The notes below the pieces were generated by a model. The model saw only the letters and a list, made by a program, of their open reading frames with translations, was not told the DNA's origin and did no database searches. A stretch of 64,000 nt of DNA from Macrostomum lignano (Eukaryota). Below, piece after piece: positions 49,451 to 60,356 of this stretch. A program made the translations under genes and the position numbers. Location of the stretch: assembly GCA_002269645.1 (NCBI GenBank), contig NIVC01003422.1, positions 1 through 64,000 of the forward strand, in the 5' to 3' direction. Positions within the stretch are counted from its first letter, which is position 1. Every line of letters starts with the position of its first letter.

Positions 49451-50101
49451 TGAAAAACTCGGTAAATTTTAGTTTCCCTACTTGATAAAATGGCCGAATG
49501 CCCTGGCGTAGCAAAAATGGCAAGTTTCCTCAAGTGGCTACTAACGCAAGTAGTATTAATATTAGCGTTTAAAGTTCAGCAAATTTCTTTGATTATAGAA
49601 CAAACAATTAGTGAAAACATCAGAAGAGCAATTCACGAAAGCGAATATCCAGACCCTGCCAGTTAAACTTCTGGATAAAAAGTACATTTCATCAAGAAAA
49701 TCAATAACATATACTTCAATAAATTACTCAGAAATTTCAAATGAAAAATTCCAACTCACAAATATTTAAGTTGGGGAATTCTTTTAATCACTGGAAGCGA
49801 TGGATTTTTTAAAATAAAAAACTAACCAGTTACTTACGTAGAAAGAAAATTTAATTTTTCAAAAGCGCAAGGAAAAAGACACGGGCCGATACAATAATTA
49901 CAGTGGATGATTATACAATTAATAGTACCTCACTGGATACCATTTACAAGTTACAGAAATAGCAATACTGTAACCAACCAGAGGGGCAGAGAGGGGCTTG
50001 TGGGAGGAGCGACCGAATAATGTAAGGCCTGCAGTGAGCAGTGCAATCTCCATTACCGCGCAGTCTTTGTTATAAGCGGCCGGAATAGACAAAGCGCGCA
50101 A

Positions 50102-50422
50102 TCAAGAAGTTTTACCGGTGACCTTCCTGGCAGCCAGGATGTAGTCCTTGAGCTTGGTTAGGGGGCAGGCCTTCTTCAGGAACTGGTGGCTCAGCAGCTC
50201 CGTTGGGGTGGGGCGCTTGGCAATGTCAACGGACAGGCACTTGTCTAGGAAGTCTTTCATTTCTGCCGACATGTTGTCCGGGTCTTTGTAGTCCGGCTTG
50301 CCCTTGGTTTGAATCAGGTAGATCGCCTGGAATCAGGAGTGCGAAAATGCGAGCTTTCTTGCCTTCTGCGAGACGGACAGATAGACAGACACTAAGACAG
50401 ACAGACGACCCTAGGACAGACG

Positions 50423-50472
<50 letters not shown>

Positions 50473-50527
50473 AAGACAGACAGACAGACAGACATGCAGA
50501 CAGACAGACAGACAGAGAGAGACAGAA

Positions 50528-50576
<49 letters not shown>

Positions 50577-50579
50577 CGC

Positions 50580-50636
<57 letters not shown>

Positions 50637-50639
50637 TGC

Positions 50640-50724
<85 letters not shown>

Positions 50725-50747
50725 CGCAGACAGACAGACAGACACGC

Positions 50748-50796
<49 letters not shown>

Positions 50797-50831
50797 TGCA
50801 GACAGACAGACAGACAGACAGACAGACATGC

Positions 50832-50864
<33 letters not shown>

Positions 50865-50867
50865 CGC

Positions 50868-50912
<45 letters not shown>

Positions 50913-50915
50913 TGC

Positions 50916-50974
<59 letters not shown>

Positions 50975-53900
50975 AGCCAAACCTTGATAGGCTGCTCATT
51001 CATGTAGGGCGGCTCGCCGTCAACCATCTCGATGACCATGATACCGAGAGACCAGACGTCAATCTTGTTATTATAACTGACAGTCCTGTTGACAACTTCG
51101 GGTGCCATCCAGTAGGGCGTGCCAACCATGGTCTGCCTGGTGCTGCTGTGGTCGCCCAACTGGGCGCAGAAGCCGAAGTCGGTCAGTTTGACCTCGCCGT
51201 CCATCCCCAGTAGGACATTGTCGGACTTCACGTCGCGATGGATAACGTAGTGCTCGTGCAGAAACTCCAGCGCCTCCAGGCACTCGCGGGTGACGGCTGG
51301 CGGGATTTTAGCGGGCGCAAAGCGAGTTCAGCGGTTAAAACTAGTTGGATAAGAATTTATCCCAAGCTCGTTGAAGCTCAAATCATTTTGATGGTATGAA
51401 AATTTCGAGTTTGTGAAGACTCAAGATTGTGAAGCTTTGAGATTATGAAGCTTTGAGCTTGTGAAGCTTTGAGCTTGTGAAGACTTGAGCTTGTGAAAAC
51501 TCGAGCTTGTGAAGACTCGAGCTTGTGAAAACTCGAGCTTGTGAAGACTCAAGCTTGTGAAGACTCGAGCTTGTGAAGACTCGAGATTGTGAAGCTTTGA
51601 GCTTTGAAGATTTTCATTCTTCTCTAGTGTGAGGATCAAGGGAGGTCAAAGGTCAATAGGAGGTTAAAGCTCAGGAGGTCAAAGGTCAAGGGAGGTTAAA
51701 GGTTAAGGGAGGTCAAAGGTCAAGAGGAGGTTAAAGGTCAAGGGAGGTCAAAGGTCAGGAGAGTCCCAATCTCCTCGAGCTGGTTCTCTGACTGGTAGCC
51801 CAACCAGGAGAACGAATTTGCTTATTTAAGTTAGGCAGACGCGTAAAATGGCTTTTATGTCTCACCGGCAATAATCGGCTCCTGCATCATGGTCTCCGTG
51901 GCAACGTCAGTCAGACTGCCGCCGTCAAGATACTCCATGACTACTAGAAGTTCGGCGCTCTCGCTACGCTGATTAACGCAATAGGACTGGATGTAGTTGA
52001 CAATATTCTTGTGCTGCAGCTTCTTCATGACGGCAATCTCAGTGAGTATCATGTCCCGTTTTGGCTGCTTAGCCAGCTGCATGAATTTTATTGCCACCAG
52101 TTTGCGCGTTTTGCGGTCTCTGGCCAGCTTCACTGTGCCCGATGCCCTGTTTGGTTGGCGCGGAGGGAGCGGCGTTGGATAATAATATTGCCATTGTTTT
52201 TAGGAAACCCGATGCCACAGCTCCAATATAAATATACCTGAATGAATCACTATCTACGAAGCTGAATAAACTCTTATCTGGCCTGATTCCTGAATAAACC
52301 CCAACCCCAAGCCTAAATGAATGAACCCCAATCCTAAGCCTGAATGAAGCCCAATCCCAAGCCTGAATTAATGAGCCCCAATTCCAAGCCTGAATGAATG
52401 AACACCAATCCCTAAAACCTGAATTAATGAACCCCAACCTCAAGCCTGAATGAATGAACCCCAATCCCAAGCCTGAAGGAATGAACCCCAACCCCAAGCC
52501 TGAAGGAATGAACCCCAACCCCAAGCCTGAATGAACCCCAATCCCAAGCCTGAATGAACCCCAATCCCAAGCCTGAATGAATGAACCCCAACCCCAAGCC
52601 TGAATGAACCCCAATCCCAAGCCTGAATGAACCCCAATCCCAAGCCTGAAGGAATGAACCCCAACCCCAAGCCTGAATGAACCCCAATCCCAAGCCTGAA
52701 TGAACCCCAATCCCAAGCCTGAATGAACCCCAATCCCAAGCCTGAAGGAATGAACCCCAATCCCAAGCCTAAATGAATGAACCCCAATCCTAAGCCTGAA
52801 TGAAGCCCAATCCCAAGCCTGAATTAATGAGCCCCAATTCCAAGCCTGAATGAATGAACACCAATCCCTAAAACCTGAATTAATGAACCCCAACCTCAAG
52901 CCTGAATGAATGAACCCCAATCCCAAGCCTGAAGGAATGAACCCCAATCCCAAGCCTGAAGGAATGAACCCCAACCCCAAGCCTGAATGAACCCCAATCC
53001 CAAGCCTGAATGAACCCCAATCCCAAGCCTGAAGGAATGAACCCCAACCCCAAGCCTGAATGAACCCCAATCCCAAGCCTGAATGAACCCCAATCCCAAG
53101 CCTAAATGAATGAACCCCAATCCTAAGCCTGAATGAAGCCCAATCCCAAGCCTGAATTAATGAGCCCCAATTCCAAGCCTGAATGAATGAACACCAATCC
53201 CTAAAACCTGAATTAATGAACCCCAACCTCAAGCCTGAATGAATGAACCCCAATCCCAAGCCTGAAGGAATGAACCCCAATCCCAAGCCTGAAGGAATGA
53301 ACCCCAACCCCAAGCCTGAATGAACCCCAATCCCAAGCCTGAATGAACCCCAATCCCAAGCCTGAAGGAATGAACCCCAACCCCAAGCCTGAATGAACCC
53401 CAATCCCAAGCCTGAATGAACCCCAATCCCAAGCCTGAATGAACCCCAATCCCAAGCCTGAATGAACCCCAATCCCAAGCCTGAATGAACCCCAATCCCA
53501 AGCCTGAAGGAATGAACCCCAACCCCAAGCCTGAATGAACCCCAATCCCAAGCCTGAATGAACCCCAATCCCAAGCCTGAATGAACCCCAATCCCAAGCC
53601 TGAAGGAATGAACCCCAATCCCAAGCCTGAATGAACCCCAATCCCAAGCCTGAATGAATGAACCCCAACCCCAAGCCTGAATGAACCCCAATCCCAAGGC
53701 TGAAGGAATGAACCCCAATCCCAAGGCTGAAGGAATGAACCCCAACCCCAAGCCTGAAGGAATGAACCCCAATCCCAAGCCTGAAGGAATGAACCCCAAT
53801 CCCAAGCCTGAAGGAATGAACCCCAACCCCAAGCCTGAAGGAATGAACCCCAATCCCAAGCCTGAATGAACCCCAACCCCAAGGCTGAAGGAATGAACCC

Positions 53901-56900
53901 CAACCCCAAGCCTGAAGGAATGAACCCCAATCCCAAGCCTGAATGAACCCCAATTCGAATACTTAGCAAGACACTCATACCGAAACGAAAAGCAACCATA
54001 CTTAGATAGACCTAATATATAAGTAAAGACAGCACAATAACTGATAGATGCCAGTGAAGCAGTGTGAAAAACAATTTCAACTAGGCGAAAAGCCGAAAGC
54101 ATTCTGGAAATGAAAGCCGGTTATACCCTTGTACAAAATGACACACAAATACATTGATAGATAGAAGTTATGCAGATACACAGCCGTATGCAATGCAGAC
54201 GATTTGCAGGAAGGCAACTTAAGCCTGCCCAGTAAACACTAAAATCTGAAAAGATTCCTTATCACTGCCAAAATGCACAGTACAGTGGCAGAGAAGAGGA
54301 GAGAGCGACCAAAATCAAGTACATTCAATTTTTGGCCAGGTAGTTTAACTATCAATCCGATTGCACAGCTGCAAGCCATCCGCTGAAACATGATGAACAG
54401 TGTTCTGTTTAGCACCGAAATATTCACAAATATTTCAATCATCTTTCTGTGTTGCCTACTTACTGACGTTTTCAACGTTTTAAGAAAATTTAAACCCTTT
54501 CGACATCTGCTGGGTAAAGGGCGCTGGGTGCCTAAGATTTAATAGATTTGGTAGCTGGATTAGCGAATTTGGTAGCTGGATTAGCGGAGTTGGTAGCTGG
54601 ATTAGCGGAGTTGGTAGCTGGATTAGCGGAGTTGGTAGCTGGATTAGCGGAGTTGGTAGCTGGATTAGCGGAGTTTGTAGCTGGATTAGCGGATTTGGTA
54701 GCTGGATTAGCGGAGTTTGTAGCTGGATTAGCGGAGTTGGTAGCTGGATTAGCGGAGTTGGTAGCTGGATTAGCGGAGTTGGTAGCTGGATTAGCGGATT
54801 TGGTAGCTGGATTAGCGGAGTTTGTAGCTGGATTAGCGGAGTTGGTAGCTGGATTAGCGGATTTGGTAGCTGGATTAGCGGAGTTTGTAGCTGGATTAGC
54901 GGAGTTGGTAGCTGGATTAGCGGAGTTGGTAGCTGGATTAGCGGAGTTGGTAGCTGGATTAGCGGATTTGGTAGCTGGATTAGCGGATTTGGTAGCTGGA
55001 TTAGCGGAGTTGGTAGCTGGATTAGCTGATTTGGTAGCTGGATTAGCGGATTTGGTAGCTGGATTAGCTGATTTGTGGATTGGCAGATTTATGGATTGGC
55101 AGATTTGTGGATTGGCAGATTTGTGGATTGGCAGATTTGCGGATTGGCAGATTTGTGGATTGGCAGATTTAGTGACTGGATTAGCAGATTTGGTGACTGG
55201 ATTAGCAGATTTGGTGGCTGGATTAGCAGATTTGGTAGCTGGGTTGGCAGATTTGGTGGCTGGATTGGCATATTTGGTGACTGGATTGGTAGATTTGGTG
55301 GATGGATTGGCAGATTTGGTAACTGGGTTGGCAGATTTGGTAGCTGGGTTGGCAGATTTGGTGACTCGATTGGCAGATTTGGTAGCTGGATTAGCAGATT
55401 TGGTAGCTGGGTTGGCAGATTTGGTGACTGGATTGGCAGATTTGGTGACTGGATTGGCAGATTTGGTAGCTGGATTAGCAGATTTGGTAGCTGGGTTGGC
55501 AGATTTGGTGACTGGATTGGCAGATTTGGTGACTGGATTGGCAGATTTGGTAGCTGGATTAGCAGATTTGGTAGCTGGGTTGGCAGATTTGGTGACTGGA
55601 TTAGCGGATATGGTAGCTGGGTTGGCAGATTTGGTGACTGGATTGGCAGATTTGGTGACTGGATTGGCAGATTTGGTAGCTGGGTTGGCAGATTTGGTGA
55701 CTGGATTGGCAGATTTGGTAGCTGGATTGGCAGATTTGGCATCTGTATATTTAGACTTTCACAACTGAAAGAGCTTGCAGCTTAAAGAGAAGTTATAAAT
55801 TTTAGTAAACACTTCAATAGGCCTTCCATTTCGCCAGAGCAAAAAGATAGATTAAATAAGGAATTATACAAGGCGCAATAGATCTAAAGCTAAGCTTTAG
55901 ACTGGCTGCGCGCACCGTCAACACAGATAAGATGCATTAGCCAAGTCTGCCAACCTGCTAGCTGACAAATTTAGATTGAAAATCTATTCAAGTGATGGGC
56001 TTAGCCGAAGGAGAGGCGATATCTCGCATTGTACATAATAAAATCTACGAACTTGAAAATAGATAATTAAGTATTTTCAAGGCGCTGCCGTATTCACTTT
56101 CATATTGCATTGTACGCAGAGCAGAGATGGAAAGAGAAACAACAGATAGCGGCCATTGCTCACTGTACACTTCTATACAGTGAATGTGTTATTCATTCCG
56201 TTTAGCAGAAGCAGGCACACCACACAGCCTATTGTGCGTCACTTATGCATACACGAGCTTATGTTGCTAATTATAGAATGCACTTTGTGTTTTTTTTTAT
56301 AAACGTCCTCGAACTCGAACTTGCGACCTCTTAGGATGAGAACATTAACCTCACACGCTCACTCAGGGTGTACACTCTTTGTGGTTTGGGATTTCAGGGA
56401 ATCGAACCAGGGTTGATAATTGAATAGATGCAGCTGACTCACCCGGACCCCAGCTTCTTATTCTCCAGCGAGTAGCTGTCCTCGTAGGCGCCGAATGTCA
56501 GCAGAGACTTCAATTCGCCGTAGAACTCCTCGTCGGTCATCTTCTTTTTTCGATTACGCCGGGTGGCCACCGGTCCGGCAGCTCCACCACCGGCCCCGGC
56601 AGCGTTGCCATGGTGATCAATGCCGGTCGCCGTCGCCGCAGGCGCGGCAGATTTGCCGGCGCCGTCGTGATTCGACGAAGGCGTTGTCGGCGTTTTATTG
56701 CCTGAGGTTGTTGACGAGGAATCGGAGGTTTTGGCGGCGGCGGCGGCGGCCGAGATGGCAGCGGCGGAGGCCGCCGCGGTGGCGGTCTCGTCAACCTGGC
56801 GAGTGGCAGGGGTCGGTGTGTGCGTTGTGACAGGCGCCGGTGAATCGCCCTGCCCGGTCTGCTGTTGCTGCTGCTGCTGCTTCTTGTCTGCAGCTGGCGG

Positions 56901-57275
56901 CGGCGGCGACTGCGGCGGGCTGGGTCCCCGCCCTGTGTCGTTCAGCGCCTCCCTGGAGCCGTTGTAGTCGGTGGCCAAGCCGCTATCGTCGCTGCCAACG
57001 TTCATGTACTTGACGTCGCCTTTAGCCATTTTATTAACATTATCGTTGAACAAGTTGAACGCGTTCACAATCTGCTGCGGATTCTCGCGTCTGGCGTCTG
57101 CATCGAATTCATTCTCTAGCCAGCGCTGCCACATCTCCGGGATGCCACGGAACTCCCCAGTGCTGGGATCAATCTCTATGTGAATGTTCTTTTTGACGTC
57201 TGTGGGCAGGCCGATCTCCATCTGGGAGGCGTCCCTGGCGCTATCCTTCTTTTTGCGGGGACCGAAAATCGGCAT
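50102..57275 (-). CDS. PAK: p21-activated kinase, group I (PAK1/2/3-like), ~550 aa; exons 57275-56443, 52146-51866, 51296-50983, 50326-50102
   Basis: PBD/autoinhibitory region EIGLP...[11 protein letters not shown]...NPQ; kinase motifs [51 protein letters not shown] with matching phases (2,1,0); total 1653 nt = 551 codons. Confidence 0.95.
50375..50973. repeat. (GACA)n microsatellite filling PAK intron 3
   Basis: Long tetranucleotide array. Confidence 0.97.
51410..51608. repeat. 16-bp repeat (GAGCTTGTGAAGACTC) in PAK intron 2
   Basis: About 12 variant copies. Confidence 0.88.
51632..51760. repeat. 17-bp repeat (GGAGGTCAAAGGTCAAG) containing consensus DR1 elements, PAK intron 2
   Basis: AGGTCAAAGGTCA at 51643, 51676, 51710 and 51745, plus variants. 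Confidence 0.85.
52290..53952. repeat. 23/27-bp minisatellite (AACCCCAATCCCAAGCCTGAATG[AAGG]) in PAK intron 1
   Basis: Tandem array with a thrice-repeated variant block (~52311, ~52768, ~53100). Confidence 0.95.
54548..55740. repeat. 21-bp minisatellite (GGATTAGCGGAGTTGGTAGCT grading to GGATTGGCAGATTTGGTGACT) in PAK intron 1
   Basis: Tandem array with a 16-bp-unit interlude at ~55070-55170. Confidence 0.95.
56290..56410 (-). pseudogene. Decayed tRNA/SINE-like fragments near the PAK exon 1 donor
   Basis: Minus strand: B-box GGTTCGATTCC (56399-56409), and further on CTCATCCTAAGAGGTCGCAAGTTCGAG followed by an A-run. Confidence 0.3.
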
Positions 57276-58939
57276 CGCGATGCTGGCATGCAAAGAGAAT
57301 GCGCATCAATAGTTCGATTTTTAGCGATTTCCTTCTGATAGCTCTTTTGAACACATTAGATAGTGGGTTATTGCAGGTAAGAAGGTAATAATTGCAAAAA
57401 TTAATTGATTAGAATATTTTAGCCGCATCTGTTATGACTTGGAGAAAACAGCTTTTGGAAAGCACTCACTTAGTATTGTAATGCAGGACATGCCAAATAA
57501 GTAGTCTAATAATTACACTTTTACAAAAATGCTATAATAATGGCTTAGTGCCAGATTGCATTGCCAACTCACAAAATTGGATGGGTCTATATAATAAATA
57601 CCAAAAAGTACTAAAATACTCTATTAATGTTATTAAAATGTGAATAGTGCAAATATATTTTCAGTTTTTATATTTTTATCAAGCTATACCTGATTCTGAA
57701 TAGATTATATCATTAATGATTGGCTACTATTAGGTTGTAAGACTTTCTATTAAAATAAAATTTAAATGGCATATAAATTTATGCATCTATTTGTTGCAAC
57801 TTTCTTAATCATTTCTTATTTCACCTTCACTTGTCTATGCTTATTCTGCTCTCTCTCTCTCTTTTTTAGTTCAATTTTGTTCTTCTTATCCCTCTCTGTT
57901 GCTACCTTCTGATTGGCTCTCCATTTTTGCCTCTCCTCATTTGCACACTAAACCTATTCTCATCTTATCTAATTGCATTGAAACCCCAAAAATAGCCTTA
58001 AATAGCCTGAAACTATCCTACCTATCTGACTCCTGATAATTTAGTCTGGTCTATTTTAACATTACAAGCAAATGAAATACTGTAAGTAAAATAGTTCACT
58101 CATTTCTCTATACTCAAGATAATAGTTTATAATAGAATATGAGCAATAGTATATATAGATTTGCTTACTTCTTATAGCTGCTTCTAAAATGTTTGTGGTG
58201 TTTATATATAAATTTCTTTCTATTAAATTTACCCTTAACTTTTGAATTTTTTCAATGAAAAACTTAATACTATAAACCATATTATAGTGTTACTATGTAT
58301 ATATTATCATAACCTATTGGAATAAGTTTGAAAAAACTCATGGATGCAAAATATAGACTAAAAGTATAACAAAATAGAGAAGCATAAAATAATGCATTAT
58401 AGCCTGTATATTTTTAGATTTTTCTATATTGCATTAAACCTAAAGCAAAGTTGAGACAGGGTATAAGTTGCACTGCCAATAATGGCATTTGGAATATTTT
58501 TGCTATATAACTAAAGCCATAATATTACTATTGATATCTTTTTAACAAAAATATTATTGGACAAAATCTTATATAAAAATGCCTTTAAAGCAAATTGATT
58601 CATAGATAAAGTCATTTAGTTAAACTTTTAGTAGGGAGTCAAGGACCAATAAGAGTTTTATAACTTGCTAATACATATAAAAAAGGCAAATTTAATTTAA
58701 ATAAAAAGCAGTTTTTTGCAAATGCAATGTAATTATATAAAATAAAAAGCAAATATAAACTACACTGTTTTTTACTTTTTGACTTGAAAAATTAGTCAGT
58801 TCTACTACAAAAAGTCAAGTTCTGCTAAAGGGACTAAAGATAAAATGAATGTTTTCACTTTGAAGGGGAGCTCTCAAGTCTCTGCATCAATTTGGGGACT
58901 TAGCAATAAAGATTTTCAATGCTATCCACATGTACACTA

Positions 58940-59124
58940 CAGAGGCATAGCCAGGAATTTCTTATGGGGGGATATACCAAGGTGAATTTTCTATGGGGGA
59001 TATACCAAGGTCAAAGTGCTATGACAAAGTCAAATGGTAACATGTATAGCAACAAAAGGCAACAAAAAAGTTTTGGTCAGGCTCTTTGGGGAGGGGGATT
59101 ATCCTTCCCCTCCCTACGCCTTTG
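58940..59124. mobile_element. Possible degenerate MITE
   Basis: CAGAGGCATAG...CTACGCCTTTG imperfect inverted ends (9/11 match). No TSD established. Confidence 0.3.
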
Positions 59125-59827
59125 GTACATTATAGTTTGGTAATAAAGGGCTAATGTTAAAATGAATTTTTCATTTTCAATATAGAGAAGCTTTTAATTC
59201 CCTATGGTCAAGGACTTAAACAATAGTTACAAAAGTTTATAACAGCTATAAAAAGTTTATTAGCTATAAATAGGCCTATGGATATAGATACAAATAGGCT
59301 ATAAGAAAATTTTTGTAATGTAGCTACAAATAATAGATATGGGAAAAATTTGGTTATGGCAGAACTCTAACAAAAAGTCATTATAAAATGCAAAGCCAAT
59401 AAAATAAACTTTTTTAATTCTTAATTTTCTAGATATTAGACCTAGTAATAATATATTAGTAAAGTTAGATTATATAATATTAATAAGATTTGGAAAGTTA
59501 TCTTTTAGTTTTTTATTCTATTTGATAAATCTAATTTATCCAAGAAAAAAATCTTAGTAGGTCTATTTTAAAAAACTGATCAAACAAAAAGAAGTTATAA
59601 AACTATTTATAGGCCTATCTTAAATCTTCAATATTTTTATAGTGGGTTAGGGCTTGTGCATAATAAATTTTGATTTATTATAATATTATTATTAGGCACT
59701 GTGATATTTTTTGCCAAAAAAACTTTAATTGTGACTAGAATATTAATAAGATAATTTTTTATTTAACCTATTTATAGGCCTACTCCTTAAAGGCCCTTAA
59801 TATAGTATTTATCTAACTATGCTTTTT

Positions 59828-60333
59828 TGACCATAGTCAGGAAGGTGGCACAGTGTGCACCAGAATAATTTTTTGGGACGATTTGTGCTCCATCTATGCA
59901 CCATCTATGCGCCATTTGTGCACTGTCTGTGCGCCACTCTTCACGAGTAGAGTTTTCTAAGAAAGGCCTTTGTACGAAAAGCCTTTTTAAAATGTTATGC
60001 ATTTTAAACAAACTTAAATTATACCTACAAACAGAGTAATGCCAAATTGATGTTTTTAGTGATAATTTATACTCATTTTATTTATTGTTAATTTTAAAGA
60101 AGCAAAAAGTTTATTACTGACTTTCTAGACTATACAAATCTCCTTTATTTTTACATAAAATTGTTAATTTGCATTACAATTTTCATGCATGTCAGGGACC
60201 TTATGCGCCGTAATTATGCGCCGCATGCGCTAGGGACCTCAGTGTGCGCCACGCTTGTGCGCCAATGTGCGCCGAGACCCTTTGTGTGCGTAGGAATTTT
60301 CCCCCTCAGAGGCCACCTTCCTGACTATGGTCA
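59828..60333. mobile_element. MITE-like element with perfect 22-bp TIRs
   Basis: TGACCATAGTCAGGAAGGTGGC (59828-59849) and its exact reverse complement (60312-60333). Subterminal TGCGCC/TGCACC motifs at both ends. No TSD found. Confidence 0.7.
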
Positions 60334-60339
60334 TATGGA

Positions 60340-60356
60340 TCCTATATACTAAAAAT
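60340..60356 (+). mobile_element. Orphan 5' terminus of the same Helitron-like family
   Basis: A|TCCTATATACTAAAAAT, 17 bp identical to 6486-6502 and preceded by A. Confidence 0.4.

Noticed and set aside
52069-54102. 677-aa [10 protein letters not shown]-repeat ORF running into the PAK kinase exon
   Set aside because: It is the intron-1 minisatellite in frame with exon 2; splicing 56443 to 52146 restores the conserved glycine loop LGSGASGTV.
54548-55768. 406-aa LAELVAG heptad ORF resembling an amphipathic or coiled-coil protein
   Set aside because: A 21-bp minisatellite gives heptads automatically; non-ATG start; antisense within a PAK intron.
16898-57275. 4E-BP, NR1J, AChE and PAK as a functional gene cluster
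   Set aside because: Mixed orientations and unrelated pathways; nothing in the sequence indicates co-regulation.
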